Source of the DNA: an uncultured Actinomycetota bacterium
GTDB taxonomy: Bacteria > Actinomycetota > Actinomycetes > Propionibacteriales > Nocardioidaceae
Length of the DNA stretch: 64,000 nucleotides
Assembly: GCA_963766035.1 (NCBI GenBank)
Contig: CAVXYP010000014.1
Span: 59,584-123,583, forward strand
Reading direction: 5' to 3'
Under the pieces are notes generated by a model. That model saw only the letters and a program-made list of their open reading frames with translations, searched no databases and was not told the origin of the DNA. Position numbers and translations under genes: made by a program. Positions 50,636 to 63,286 of this stretch are shown piece after piece. Numbering within the stretch: position 1 is the stretch's first letter; each line of letters starts with the position of its first letter.

Positions 50636-51853
50636 ATGGCGGAGTACGCCGGACTGGGCGAGGTCAGCGGCAAGCGGGTCCTCGTCCGGTCGGACCTCAA
50701 CGTGCCCCTCGATCGCCAAGAAGACGGGCAGAGCTCGATCACCGACGACGGCCGGATCCGGGCCAGCGTTCCGACCATCAAGGCACTGGCGGACGCCGGG
50801 GCTCGCGTGGTCGTGGCGGCCCACCTCGGGCGTCCCCAGGGCGCGCCCGACCCGGCGTACTCCCTCGCTCCGGTGGCCGGGCGGCTCGGCGAGCTGCTGG
50901 GCCGGCCTGTCGCGTTCGCGACCGACACCGTCGGCCCGTCCGCCCAGGAGACCGTGGCGGCGCTGGCCGACGGCGAGGTCGCCGTGCTGGAGAACGTGCG
51001 CTTCAACGCCGGCGAGACCAGCAAGGACGACGCCGAGCGCGGCGCGTTCGCCGACCAGCTGGCGTCCCTCGCCGACGCGTTCGTCTCCGACGGGTTCGGC
51101 GTCGTCCACCGCAAGCAGGCGTCGGTCTACGACGTCGCGCAGCGGCTGCCGCACGCGATGGGCGGCCTCGTGGCCGCGGAGATCGACGTGCTCCGGCGGC
51201 TGACCGTCGACCCCGAGCGGCCTTACGTCGTCGTGCTGGGCGGCTCGAAGGTGTCCGACAAGCTCGGCGTGATCGACAACCTCCTCGGCAAGGCCGACAA
51301 GCTGCTCATCGGCGGCGGGATGGTCTTCACCTTCCTCGCCGCCCAGGGGCACGAGGTCGGCAAGAGCCTGCTCGAGGCCGACCAGCTGGACGTCTGCCGC
51401 GACTACCTCCGGCGGGCCCACGACTCGGGTGTGGAGCTGCTCCTGCCGAGTGACGTCGTCGTCGACACCGAGTTCCCGTCGGGCGACCGGACGCCGGCCC
51501 CCGGAGTGGTGCCGTCCTCGGAGATCCCCGAGGACAGCCTCGGTCTCGACATCGGACCGAGGACCGCCGCGGCCTACGCGAAGGTGCTCGCCGACGCGCG
51601 CACGGTCTTCTGGAACGGGCCGATGGGCGTGTTCGAGGTGGCCGCCTTCGCGGCGGGCACCAAGGCGGTGGCCGAGGCGCTGACCAAGGTGGACGGGCTC
51701 ACCGTGGTCGGCGGCGGCGACTCCGCGGCCGCGGTCCGCGCGCTCGGCTTCGACGAGGCCGCGTTCGGTCACATCTCCACCGGCGGCGGCGCCAGCCTCG
51801 AGTATCTCGAGGGCAAGGAACTCCCCGGCATCACGGTCCTCGAGGAGAGCTGA
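50636..51853 (+). CDS. pgk: phosphoglycerate kinase
   Basis: Internal ATG at 50636 ([25 protein letters not shown]) within a long spurious tracked ORF. Typical PGK sequence through to the C-terminus. Confidence 0.95.
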   Translation: MAEYAGLGEVSGKRVLVRSDLNVPLDRQEDGQSSITDDGRIRASVPTIKALADAGARVVVAAHLGRPQGAPDPAYSLAPVAGRLGELLGRPVAFATDTVGPSAQETVAALADGEVAVLENVRFNAGETSKDDAERGAFADQLASLADAFVSDGFGVVHRKQASVYDVAQRLPHAMGGLVAAEIDVLRRLTVDPERPYVVVLGGSKVSDKLGVIDNLLGKADKLLIGGGMVFTFLAAQGHEVGKSLLEADQLDVCRDYLRRAHDSGVELLLPSDVVVDTEFPSGDRTPAPGVVPSSEIPEDSLGLDIGPRTAAAYAKVLADARTVFWNGPMGVFEVAAFAAGTKAVAEALTKVDGLTVVGGGDSAAAVRALGFDEAAFGHISTGGGASLEYLEGKELPGITVLEES

Positions 51854-51856
51854 CAC

Positions 51857-52660
<804 letters not shown>

Positions 52661-52726
52661 CGGATGCTGTCGTCCATCAGCGTGCCCGGCTTCGGTCAGC
52701 GACCGGTGCTGACGTAGGATCCCTCC

Positions 52727-52966
52727 GTGCTGGAAACCGTATTCACTGTCCTGCTGGTGCTCACCAGCGTGCTGATGATCCTCATGGTGCTGTTGCACAA
52801 GGGGCGCGGCGGCGGGCTCTCGGACATGTTCGGTGGTGGAGTCTCCAGCTCCCTGGGCGGATCGTCGGTCGCGGAGCGAAACCTCGACCGGTTCACGATC
52901 GGCATCGGCGTGATCTGGTTCGCCTGCGTCATCGCCCTCGGCCTGCTCCTGGCCTATCAGAGCTGA
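52727..52966 (+). CDS. secG: preprotein translocase subunit SecG
   Basis: 79 aa, two TM helices, LLHKGRGGGLSDMFGGG motif. GTG start. Confidence 0.9.
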   Translation: MLETVFTVLLVLTSVLMILMVLLHKGRGGGLSDMFGGGVSSSLGGSSVAERNLDRFTIGIGVIWFACVIALGLLLAYQS

Positions 52967-53026
52967 CCGTCCCCCAAGACTGACCAACGCGTCCGGCCCG
53001 CCGGACCGAGCTGAGGAGAGAGTCCG

Positions 53027-53386
53027 TTGGCTGGTGGTGGCAACGCGATCCGCGGTAGTCGCGTAGGCGCAGGCCCGATGGGTGAGGCGGAGCGCGGTGA
53101 GGCCGCGCCGCGCCAGGCCGTGACCTACTTCTGTGCGCACGGACATCGCTCCGTGATCGCCTTCTCCGTCGAGGCCGTCGTGCCCGACTCCTGGGACTGC
53201 CCGAAGTGCGGCCTCCCGGCCGGCCTCGACTCCGAGAACGCCCCGCCGGCACCGAAGATCGAGCCCTACAAGACCCACCTCGCCTACGTGAAGGAGCGTC
53301 GCTCCGACAAGGAGGCCGAGGTCATCCTCGACGAGGCGATCCAGCTCCTGCGCTCCCGTCGCAAGTCCGGCGAGATCATCTTCTGA
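53027..53386 (+). CDS. rbpA: RNA polymerase-binding protein RbpA
   Basis: TTG start with GAGGAGAG upstream. ...VTYFCAHGH...WDCPKCG...YKTHLAYVKERRSDKEAEVILDEA. Confidence 0.88.
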   Translation: MAGGGNAIRGSRVGAGPMGEAERGEAAPRQAVTYFCAHGHRSVIAFSVEAVVPDSWDCPKCGLPAGLDSENAPPAPKIEPYKTHLAYVKERRSDKEAEVILDEAIQLLRSRRKSGEIIF

Positions 53387-53486
53387 GTTGGATCTGCGCT
53401 CGCGTCGCGTACGCCGCCGCGCCGCGCAGGTTCACCACGGGATGCAGCCGAAGCTGCACTTCCCACGGGCTATGACCTGTGGGAGG

Positions 53487-53520
53487 TGCAGGTTCAGCGA
53501 CATACCGTGATGAACCTGCA
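53487..53520. terminator. hairpin between convergent rbpA and pgl
   Basis: TGCAGGTTCA (53487-53496) pairs perfectly with TGAACCTGCA (53511-53520) across a 14-nt loop, 8 nt beyond the pgl stop. Confidence 0.5.
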
Positions 53521-53527
53521 GCCGCCG

Positions 53528-54264
53528 TCAGAGCCGCGCCGCCGCCTCGTGGTCGAGGAACCAGGTGGTCTCGGTCATCCCCCTGACACCGCGGGCGGGG
53601 GTGTCGGTGATGGTGCCGTCGTCGGCGAGGGCGCGGGCGACGGCGTCGGCCTTGGCCTCGCCGGAGACGAGGAACCACACGGCGTGCGCATGGTTCAAGG
53701 CCTCGAAGGTGAGGGTCACCCGGTCCGGCGGCGGCTTGGGGGAGTCGTGGACGGCGGTCGCGATGGCGTCGGTGACGTCGAGGCCCGGGTGGCCCGGGAA
53801 GAGCGAGGCGATGTGGCCGTCGGGGCCGACGCCGAGCATGAGCACGTCGAAGCCGCCACCGCCCTCGGCTCGCATGGTCGTCGCGTACGCCGTCGCGGCC
53901 GCCTCGGCGTCCGGCACCTGATCGGCGGCCGGCACCTCGTGCACGCGGGTCGCGCCGACCTCGTCGAGGAAGGCAGCGCGGGCCTGGACCGCGTTGCGGT
54001 CGGGGGAGTCGGCGGCGACGAACCGCTCGTCGCCGAACCAGAACTGCACCGCGCCCCAGTCGACGCCCGAAGCCGGGGCCATCCGGGCGACCTCCCGGTG
54101 GACGGCGTCGGCGATGGTCCCGCCGGTGAGGCCGATGTCCGGGACGTGCCCGGCCGCCTGGGCGTCGGCGATCCGGTTGAGCAGCTCGCCCGCCACGGCG
54201 GTGGCGAGGGTCTCCGGGTCGGGGTGGACCTCGACCAGGGGCTCCGGCCGGTCCGCCGTCGAGG

Positions 54265-54268
<4 letters not shown>
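53528..54268 (-). CDS. pgl: 6-phosphogluconolactonase
   Basis: The ATG at 54268 overlaps the pgi stop (ATGA). [22 protein letters not shown]...GLTGGT...[17 protein letters not shown]. Confidence 0.9.
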
Positions 54269-55896
<1,628 letters not shown>

Positions 55897-55898
55897 CG

Positions 55899-56996
55899 TC
55901 AGCCCATCTGGCCCTTGACGGTCTCCAGCAGCTCGAGCCATGACTTCTTGAACTTGTCGACGCCTTCGGTCTCGAGGACCTCGAACACGTCGTCGAGATC
56001 GATCCCGACCTCGGTGAGCTGGTCGAAGAGCGCCTGCGCCTCCGCGGCCTTGCCGGTCACCTGGTCGCCGGTCACCTCGCCGTGGTCGGCGAACGCGAGC
56101 AGGGTCTTCTCCGGCATCGTGTTGACCGTGTCGGCGACGACCAGGTCCGTGACGTAGAGCGTGTCGGGGTAGTCCGGGTTCTTCACGCCGGTCGACGCCC
56201 ACAGCGGCCGCTGCGGGTGGGCTCCCGCCGCGGCCAGCGCCTGCCACCGGTCCGACGCGATGACCCTCTCGAACGCCGCGTAGGCCAGCCGGGCGTTCGC
56301 CACCGCTGCCTTGCCGCGGAGCGCCAGAGCCTCGTCGGTGCCGATCTTGTCGAGGCGGGGGTCGATCTCGGTGTCGACGCGCGACACGAAGAACGAGGCG
56401 ACCGAGCGGATGGTCCCGAGGTCGATGCCGTTGTCCTTGGCCTGCTCGAGACCGGTCAGGTAGGCGTCCATGACCGCTTCGTAGCGCTCGGTCGAGAAGA
56501 TCAGGGTCACGTTGACGCTGATGCCTTCGGCGATGGCGGCGGTGATCGCCGGCAGGCCCTCGAGCGTGGCGGGGATCTTGATCAGCACGTTGGGCCGGTC
56601 GACGGCCGCCCAGAGCGCCTTCGCGGAGGCGATGGTCGCGTCGGTGTCGTTGGCGAGCGTCGGCTCGACCTCGATCGACACCCGGCCGTCGTCGGCGGTG
56701 GAAGCCGCGACCGAGCCGAGGATGTCGCAACCGTTGCGGACGTCGTCGGTGGTCAGCTCGAACACCACCCGCTCGACGTCGGCGCCCTCCGCCACGAGGG
56801 AGCGGACCTGCTCGTCGTACCGCTCGCCATCGCTGATCGCGGCCGCGAAGATGGTCGGGTTGGTCGTCACTCCGACCACGTGCTTCTCGGCGACGAGCTC
56901 GGCGAGGTTGCCGGTCTCGATCCGCTCGCGCGACAGGTCGTCGAGCCAGATGGACACACCGGCGTCGGCCAGTGCCTTCAAACGATCGTCACTCAT
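55899..56996 (-). CDS. tal: transaldolase
   Basis: 365-aa actinobacterial long-form transaldolase ([11 protein letters not shown]...TTNPTIF...IKIPAT). Confidence 0.95.
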   Translation of the reverse strand: MSDDRLKALADAGVSIWLDDLSRERIETGNLAELVAEKHVVGVTTNPTIFAAAISDGERYDEQVRSLVAEGADVERVVFELTTDDVRNGCDILGSVAASTADDGRVSIEVEPTLANDTDATIASAKALWAAVDRPNVLIKIPATLEGLPAITAAIAEGISVNVTLIFSTERYEAVMDAYLTGLEQAKDNGIDLGTIRSVASFFVSRVDTEIDPRLDKIGTDEALALRGKAAVANARLAYAAFERVIASDRWQALAAAGAHPQRPLWASTGVKNPDYPDTLYVTDLVVADTVNTMPEKTLLAFADHGEVTGDQVTGKAAEAQALFDQLTEVGIDLDDVFEVLETEGVDKFKKSWLELLETVKGQMG

Positions 56997-57035
56997 GGGG
57001 TTCTCCTTCGTGAGTCGTGAAGCCGGCCGCGGGGG

Positions 57036-59147
57036 TTACCGCGTGGCTGCCTCGATGCTGTCCTTGGCGGCCTGGGTGACCGCTTCGGGGGTGAAACCGA
57101 GCTCCTTGAAGATCCGGGCACCGTCGGCCGAGGCGCCGAAGTGCTCGAGGCTCACCATCCGGCCCGCGTCGCCGACGTACTCGCGCCAGCCCTGCCGGAT
57201 GCCGGCCTCGACGCTGACCCGCGCCTTGACCATGGGCGGGATGACCTGGTCACGGTAGGCCTGGGTCTGCTGCTCGAACCACTCGATCGACGGCATCGAG
57301 ACCACGCGGGCGTTGATGCCGTCGGCCGCGAGCTGCTCGCGCGCCCCGACTGCGAGCTGCACCTCGGACCCGGTGCCGATCAGGATCACGTCGGGCTGAC
57401 CTCCCTCGGCCTCGAGGAGCACGTAGCCGCCCTTGCCGACGTCGTCGGTCGTCGCGAATCCTTGCTCGCCGCGCGGGAACGTCGGGACGTTCTGCCGGGT
57501 GAGGATGAGTCCCGCCGGCCGGTCGGTGTTCTTGAGGATCTGCAACCACGCCGCGGCGGTCTCGTTGGCGTCGGCCGGCCGCACGATGTCGAGGCCGGGG
57601 ATGGCACGGAGCGCCCAGAGGTGCTCGACCGGCTGGTGGGTCGGGCCGTCCTCACCGAGGCCGATCGAGTCGTGCGTCCAGACGTAGGTCACCGGTGCCT
57701 GCATCAGCGACGCCACGCGTACGGCGCCGCGCATGTAGTCGGAGAACGTGAGGAACGTGCCGCCGAAGACCCGGGTGCCGCCGTGGACGGCGATGCCGTT
57801 CATGATCGCGCCCATGCCGTGCTCGCGGATGCCGAAGTGGAGGACGCGTCCGTCGCGGGGATCGCCCTGCCACTCCTCGACCGAGCGGTCCGTCGGCAGG
57901 AACGAAGGGACGCCCTTGATCGTCGTGTTGTTGGAGCCGGCGAGGTCGGCCGAGCCGCCCCACAGCTCCGGCATGACGGGAGCGATCGCGTTGATCACCT
58001 GACCGGAAGCCGCGCGGGTCGCGACGCCCTTGGCGTCGGCAGGGAACGTCGGGAGAGCCGCCTCCAGGCCCTCGGGCAGCGCCCGCGCCTTCATCCGGTG
58101 CAACAGGGCTGCCTGCTCCTGGTGCGCACCGGCCCAGGCGTCGTACTGCCGGTCCCACTCGGCACCCCAGGCCTTGCCGCGTTCGAGCAGCGACCGCGTG
58201 TGCTCGAGGACGTCGTCCGGCACGTCGAAGGTCTGCGCCGGGTCGAACCCGAGCAGCTCCTTGGTCGCAGCCACCTCGTCGGCCCCGAGCGCGGAGCCGT
58301 GCGCCGCCTCCGTGTTCTGAGCGTTCGGCGCCGGCCAGGCGATGATCGTCCTGAGCACGATGATGGACGGCTTGTCGATCACGCCGTCGGCGGCCTTGAT
58401 CGCCTCGTGGAGCGCGGGGACGTCCTCGTGGTAGTCGGTCCCGTTGGTGTGGTCGCCGCCCTTGGTCCAGTCGACGGTCTGGACGTGCCAGCCGTAGGCC
58501 TCGTAGCGCTGGGCGACGTCCTCGGTGAAGGCGATGTTGGTGTCGCCCTCGATCGAGATCCGGTTGGCGTCGTAGATGACGGTGAGGTTGCCCAGCTCCT
58601 GGGTGCCCGCGATCGACGATGCCTCACCGCTGACGCCCTCCTGGAGATCGCCGTCGGACGCGATCACGTAGACGTGGTGGTCGAACAGCGACTCACCGGG
58701 CTCGGCTGAGGGGTCGAGCAGACCTCGCTCGCGACGGGCAGCCATCGCCATGCCGACGGCGCTGCCGACACCCTGACCGAGCGGGCCGGTGGTCACCTCG
58801 ACCCCGGCGGTGTGGCCGAACTCGGGGTGGCCCGGGGTCTTGGATCCCCACGTCCGCAGCGACTTGAGGTCGTCGAGCTCGAGACCGAAGCCGCCGAGGT
58901 AGAGCTGGATGTAGAGGGTGATCGAGCTGTGGCCGGCGCTCAGGACGAACCGGTCACGAGCGATCCAGTCGGGATCCGCCGGGTCGTGCCGCATCACCTT
59001 CTGGAACAGCAGGTACGCCGCCGGCGCCAGGCTCATCGCGGTGCCCGGGTGGCCGTTGCCCACCTTCTGCACGGCGTCCATCGCCAGCACCCGTACGGTG
59101 TCGACCGCCTTGCGGTCCAGATCGGTCCACTCCAGCTCCGGGATCAT
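57036..59147 (-). CDS. tkt: transketolase
   Basis: Internal ATG at 59147 (MIPELEWTDLDRKAVDTVRVLAMDAVQKVGNGHPG). THDSIGLGEDGPTHQP motif. The tracked ORF upstream is antisense to ctaB. Confidence 0.95.
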   Translation of the reverse strand: MIPELEWTDLDRKAVDTVRVLAMDAVQKVGNGHPGTAMSLAPAAYLLFQKVMRHDPADPDWIARDRFVLSAGHSSITLYIQLYLGGFGLELDDLKSLRTWGSKTPGHPEFGHTAGVEVTTGPLGQGVGSAVGMAMAARRERGLLDPSAEPGESLFDHHVYVIASDGDLQEGVSGEASSIAGTQELGNLTVIYDANRISIEGDTNIAFTEDVAQRYEAYGWHVQTVDWTKGGDHTNGTDYHEDVPALHEAIKAADGVIDKPSIIVLRTIIAWPAPNAQNTEAAHGSALGADEVAATKELLGFDPAQTFDVPDDVLEHTRSLLERGKAWGAEWDRQYDAWAGAHQEQAALLHRMKARALPEGLEAALPTFPADAKGVATRAASGQVINAIAPVMPELWGGSADLAGSNNTTIKGVPSFLPTDRSVEEWQGDPRDGRVLHFGIREHGMGAIMNGIAVHGGTRVFGGTFLTFSDYMRGAVRVASLMQAPVTYVWTHDSIGLGEDGPTHQPVEHLWALRAIPGLDIVRPADANETAAAWLQILKNTDRPAGLILTRQNVPTFPRGEQGFATTDDVGKGGYVLLEAEGGQPDVILIGTGSEVQLAVGAREQLAADGINARVVSMPSIEWFEQQTQAYRDQVIPPMVKARVSVEAGIRQGWREYVGDAGRMVSLEHFGASADGARIFKELGFTPEAVTQAAKDSIEAATR

Positions 59148-59258
59148 GCGTCCGAGCCTAGTCGGCGCCCACCACCCACTGACAGGGGCCAGATGGCGGA
59201 ACTGGGCGTGAACACCGATACACTCGCCTAGCCTGATCCCTCGCCGTGAGGTTCCTTT

Positions 59259-60233
59259 GTGACGACCGTCGACCCTGACCGCCCAGCCGCTCCGCTGGTC
59301 GTCGGAGTGAACGGTGTCGTCGAGCCGGGAGACACCCGCGAGCGGGCGTCCGCGCGCGACGTCCTCCTGGCGTACGTCGGCCTCACCAAGCCACGCGTCA
59401 TCGAGCTGCTGCTGCTCACCACGGTGCCGGTCATGTTCTTCGCCGCTGGTGGGGTGCCGGACCTCGGCCTCGTGGTCGCGACCGTCCTCGGCGGCGCGCT
59501 CTCCGCCGGATCGGCCTCGGTCTTCAACTGCGTCTACGACCGCGACATCGACGAGCAGATGCGCCGCACCCGCCGCCGGGCGCTGCCCCGCCACATCATC
59601 AGCCCGCGCGCGGCGCTGGTGTTCGGCTTCGTCCTCGGCATCGTGTCGACGGTGATCCTCTGGGCCTGGGTCAATCCGCTGTCCGCCGAGCTCTCGGTGG
59701 CGGCCAACGCGTTCTACGTCTTCGGCTACACCATGCTGCTCAAGCGGCGCACCGCCCAGAACATCGTGTGGGGCGGCATCGCCGGCTGCTTCCCGGCGCT
59801 GATCGGCTGGACCGCGGTCACCGGCGAGCTCGCCTGGGAGCCGATCGTGCTGTTCGGCGTGGTGTTCTTCTGGACGCCGCCGCACACCTGGGCGCTGGCG
59901 CTGCGCTATCGCGACGACTACAAGCAGGTCGACGTGCCGATGCTGCCGGTCGTCCGCTCGGCACGCGTCGTCGCCCGGCAGATCGTCGGCTACAGCTGGG
60001 TCATGGTCGCGACCAGCCTGCTGCTCTGGCCGGTGGCCCGCACCGGGCTGCTCTACCCCGTCGCCGCGACCGTCCTCGGCGCCGTCTTCCTGGTGCAGGC
60101 CCACCAGCTCGAGCGGCGCGCCCGCGACACCGAGGACCTGGCGCTCATCCGCCCGATGCACCTGTTCCACAGCAGCAACCTCTACCTCTCGTTGCTGTTC
60201 GTCGCGGTCGCGATCGATCCACTCGTGCACTGA
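59259..60233 (+). CDS. ctaB: protoheme IX farnesyltransferase (heme O synthase)
   Basis: 324-aa UbiA-family membrane protein. NCVYDRDIDEQMRRTRRR motif. GTG start. Confidence 0.92.
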   Translation: MTTVDPDRPAAPLVVGVNGVVEPGDTRERASARDVLLAYVGLTKPRVIELLLLTTVPVMFFAAGGVPDLGLVVATVLGGALSAGSASVFNCVYDRDIDEQMRRTRRRALPRHIISPRAALVFGFVLGIVSTVILWAWVNPLSAELSVAANAFYVFGYTMLLKRRTAQNIVWGGIAGCFPALIGWTAVTGELAWEPIVLFGVVFFWTPPHTWALALRYRDDYKQVDVPMLPVVRSARVVARQIVGYSWVMVATSLLLWPVARTGLLYPVAATVLGAVFLVQAHQLERRARDTEDLALIRPMHLFHSSNLYLSLLFVAVAIDPLVH

Positions 60234-60247
60234 CCTGATCCTCGGGG

Positions 60248-60268
60248 TTCGGCACGCCGGGTGCCGAA
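60248..60268 (+). terminator. hairpin after ctaB
   Basis: TTCGGCAC-GCCGG-GTGCCGAA, an 8-bp stem, 15 nt after the stop. Confidence 0.5.
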
Positions 60269-60442
60269 ACCGGATCTCTCGCGCCCCGGAAAGTTCCGAT
60301 ATCGGATGTGGTCGCGACGTGAATCAAAGGGGTGCCGACATCCCCGAAATGCTGGTTCGATCATGACAGGTGTTATCGGGAACACTCGCTCGACAGGCGA
60401 CTCGTGTCCCCGTTAGCCCGTCGAGCAGTACCTCCCTCGCAC

Positions 60443-60482
60443 CCTCGGGACGTCGGCGCGCTCCAACGCCGACGTCCCGAGG
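60443..60482 (-). terminator. hairpin after ctaA
   Basis: CCTCGGGACGTCGGCG pairs perfectly with CGCCGACGTCCCGAGG (16-bp stem, 8-nt loop), 12 nt beyond the ctaA stop. Confidence 0.7.
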
Positions 60483-60493
60483 TGGTGCAGGAC

Positions 60494-61405
60494 TCAGGCT
60501 GAGTGCGCTGGTTGGTGTGCCCGGGTTGAAAGCACGACCCAGGCCAGCCCGGCCGCGGTGAGGGCAGCTCCCAGCATGTGGAGCAGCACCAGCGCGGTGG
60601 GCAGGTCCAGGAAGTACTGCGTGTAGCCGATGACTCCCTGGACGCACTCGGTGGCCAGCAGCGCCAGCGCAGCGGTCCGGAGCGGCACGTTGCCGTCGCG
60701 GCGGGCGAGCAGCAGCGTCGTGATCGTCAGCGCGACCAGCGCGTAGACCGCCCAGGCGTGGAGGTGCGACATCGTCCCGGGGTCGAGCCCGGTCCGGCGT
60801 GAGTCCTCGTCACCGCTGTGGGGGCCGGAGCCGGTGACCACGGTGCCGAGGTAGAGGACGACCCACCCGACGGCGAACGTCGCGAGCGCCGCCAGGCGCG
60901 ACCGGGACGCCGCCCGGGAACGCGGCCGACCGGCCAGGTGGTCCACCAGGAGCACGCACGCGCCGATGATCGCCAGCGACACGAGCAGGTGCAGCGCGAC
61001 CACCCAGGGGTTGAGGTCGGTCCGGACCGTGACGCCGCCGATGATCGCCTGGGCCGGGATCCCGAGCGCGATGACGGTCGCGACGACCAGGGGGCGCCGG
61101 TCGGCACCCTCGCGGTCGCGGAGGATCGGGACCAGTGCGGCCACCCAGCAGGCGACGGCGATCACGACCAGGACGAAGGTCAGCATCCGGTTGCCGAACT
61201 CGATCGCGCCGTGCAGCCCGAGCTCGCCGTGGACGACGTACGACTCGTCGGTGCAGCGGGGCCAGGTCGGGCACCCGAGTCCGGAGCCGGTCAGGCGGAC
61301 GGCGCCGCCGGTCACGACGATCGCGATGTTCGCGACCAGGTTGGCCCAGCCCAGCCGGACCAGGGCAGGGGACGGCGCGGTGCGGACCAGCGTCGTCACT
61401 CCCAT
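60494..61405 (-). CDS. ctaA: heme A synthase (COX15/CtaA)
   Basis: Polytopic membrane protein with LTGSGLGCPTWPRC and conserved His. The start is ATG 61405 (or GTG 61399), just overlapping the permease stop. Confidence 0.88.
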   Translation of the reverse strand: MGVTTLVRTAPSPALVRLGWANLVANIAIVVTGGAVRLTGSGLGCPTWPRCTDESYVVHGELGLHGAIEFGNRMLTFVLVVIAVACWVAALVPILRDREGADRRPLVVATVIALGIPAQAIIGGVTVRTDLNPWVVALHLLVSLAIIGACVLLVDHLAGRPRSRAASRSRLAALATFAVGWVVLYLGTVVTGSGPHSGDEDSRRTGLDPGTMSHLHAWAVYALVALTITTLLLARRDGNVPLRTAALALLATECVQGVIGYTQYFLDLPTALVLLHMLGAALTAAGLAWVVLSTRAHQPAHSA

Positions 61406-62160
61406 CGGAACCACCGGGCCGCCGCGGCGCCGCCGATGACGGCCCACGCCGCGAGCACCGCGAGGTCACGGCCGGCGACGGCGCCTTCGCACGCCGAGCG
61501 CATGGCCTCGCCAAGGGCACCCGAGGGGAGCCAGGACACGACGTCGCCGAGCCCGCCGTACGCCGCCGCGGGGAGCACGACGGCGCCGCCCGCGAGCAGC
61601 AGGAGGTAGACCAGGTTCGCCGCGGCCAGGGTCGCCTCGGCACGCAGGGTGCCGGCCAGCAGCATGCCGAGGCCGGCGAACGCCCCGGTGCCGAGCAGCA
61701 CCGCGAGCAGGATCCCCACCACCGAGAAGTCCGGAGACCAGCCGAGCAGCAGGCCGGCGACCCCGATCACGAGGAACTGCAGCACCTCGACGCAGAGCAG
61801 CGCCCCGATCTTGCCGCCGAGCAGCGCGCCGCGGGACAGGGGAGCGGTGCCGAGCCGCTTGAGGACGCCGTAGCGACGCTCGAAGCCGGTCGCGATCGCC
61901 AGTGACGTGAACGCCGTCGACATCACGGCCAGCGCGAGCACGCCGGGAGTGAGGACGTCGACCGACGTGTGCGGCGAGTCGAGGTCCAGTCGGGGGGCGC
62001 CGCGGACCGCGCCGATCAGGACGAGGAGTGGGATCACGACGGCGAGCAGCAGCTGCTCGCCGTTGCGCAGCATCAGCCGCGCCTCCATGGCGGTCTGCGC
62101 GAGCACCTGCCGCGGGAGCGGCGCGGCACCCGGTGCCGGGGCGAACGTCCCGGCGGTCAC
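61396..62160 (-). CDS. ABC-2-type transporter permease
   Basis: The GTG at 62160 overlaps the ATPase stop (GTGA). Six hydrophobic segments by eye. The tracked ORF upstream is out of frame over the ATPase. Confidence 0.85.
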   Translation of the reverse strand: MTAGTFAPAPGAAPLPRQVLAQTAMEARLMLRNGEQLLLAVVIPLLVLIGAVRGAPRLDLDSPHTSVDVLTPGVLALAVMSTAFTSLAIATGFERRYGVLKRLGTAPLSRGALLGGKIGALLCVEVLQFLVIGVAGLLLGWSPDFSVVGILLAVLLGTGAFAGLGMLLAGTLRAEATLAAANLVYLLLLAGGAVVLPAAAYGGLGDVVSWLPSGALGEAMRSACEGAVAGRDLAVLAAWAVIGGAAAARWFRWE

Positions 62161-63086
62161 GTGGCCGACTCCCGTCCGGTGAGCTCGAGGAACACGTCCT
62201 CCAGGTTGCGCTGGCCGAGGGTCAGCGACTCGGGAAGGACGCCGTGCTCCTCGCACCAGCGCGAGACCACGGCGAGGGTGGAGCCGTCGGCGGGTCCGGA
62301 GACCTGGAGGCTGTGCTCGTCGAGGACGATGAGCTCGGTCGTCGGACCGAGCGCGGCAGCGAGTGCCGCGGGCGCGCCGGGCGGGAACGGCTGGGTCACG
62401 ACCAGCCTGATCGTCGCGACGGTGCCGCCGCGGGTCAGCTCGAGCGGCGAGCCGCTGGCCACCAGCCGGCCCTTGTCGAGGATGTGCACCTGGTCGGCCA
62501 GCCGTTCGGCCTCTTCGAGGTAGTGCGTCGTCAGCACCACGGTCACCCCGTCGGACCGGAGCTCCTCGAGCAGCTCCCAGACCGTGCGCCGCACCTGCGG
62601 GTCGAGTCCGGCGGTCGGCTCGTCGACGAAGACCAGCTCCGGTCGCCCGACGAGGGCGAGCGCGAGACCGAGCCGCTGCTGCTGGCCACCCGAGAGCCGG
62701 CGGTAGGGCGTCCGCCCGCACTCGTGCAGCGCCAGCCGGTCCATGAGCAGCCCGGTGTCGAGCGGGTGGGCGTGCAGCCGGGCGATGTGGTGGAGCATCT
62801 CGTCGGCGCGGACCCCGCTCCACGCGCCACCGGCCTGCAGCATCACGCCGATCCGGGGCATCAGGGCGCGACGGTCAGCGCGGGGATCGAGGCCCAGCAC
62901 CCGGACCTTGCCCTCGTGCGGCCGGCGGTAGCCCTCGCAGGTCTCCAACGTGGTCGTCTTGCCGGCGCCGTTGGGCCCGAGCACCGCCGTGATCGTGTTG
63001 CTCGCGACCTCCAACGACAGCCCGTTGACGGCCGGCCTGCCGCCGTACGTCATGCGGAGATCGGTGATCTCAACGGCGGCCGGCAC
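62157..63086 (-). CDS. ABC transporter ATP-binding protein
   Basis: 309 aa. Walker A GPNGAGKTT, signature LSGGQQQRL, Walker B LVFVDEP. Confidence 0.93.
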   Translation of the reverse strand: MPAAVEITDLRMTYGGRPAVNGLSLEVASNTITAVLGPNGAGKTTTLETCEGYRRPHEGKVRVLGLDPRADRRALMPRIGVMLQAGGAWSGVRADEMLHHIARLHAHPLDTGLLMDRLALHECGRTPYRRLSGGQQQRLGLALALVGRPELVFVDEPTAGLDPQVRRTVWELLEELRSDGVTVVLTTHYLEEAERLADQVHILDKGRLVASGSPLELTRGGTVATIRLVVTQPFPPGAPAALAAALGPTTELIVLDEHSLQVSGPADGSTLAVVSRWCEEHGVLPESLTLGQRNLEDVFLELTGRESAT

Positions 63087-63118
63087 GCGCGCAGTCTACG
63101 GAGCGCCGAGAGTGCGGG

Positions 63119-63286
63119 TCAGAGCAGGTCGGCGGCCCAGTCACCCGCGTCGCCGATCAGGTCGCCCGGGGGGACGGCCTTCGCCAGCAGCAGGAGGACC
63201 ACGACCAGCAGCACGATCTGCAGCACCGTCCACAGGGCCCGCATCGCGTGGTAGTGCGGAGGGAGGTCGTCACGAGGAGTGGTCAT
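63119..63286 (-). CDS. 55-aa single-pass membrane microprotein
   Basis: The internal ATG at 63286 overlaps the upstream stop (ATGA). MTTPRDDLPPHYHAMRALWTVLQIVLLVVVLLLLAKAVPPGDLIGDAGDWAADLL. Confidence 0.6.
   Translation of the reverse strand: MTTPRDDLPPHYHAMRALWTVLQIVLLVVVLLLLAKAVPPGDLIGDAGDWAADLL

Noticed and set aside
59148-60230. Upstream extension of the transketolase ORF (tracked 57036..60230)
   Set aside because: It is antisense to ctaB and has a low-complexity translation. The canonical Tkt N-terminus begins at ATG 59147.
60145-60385. Small minus-strand ORFs in the ctaB/ctaA spacer
   Set aside because: They have no RBS, poor codon bias and Arg-rich sequence, and they overlap the ctaB 3' end.
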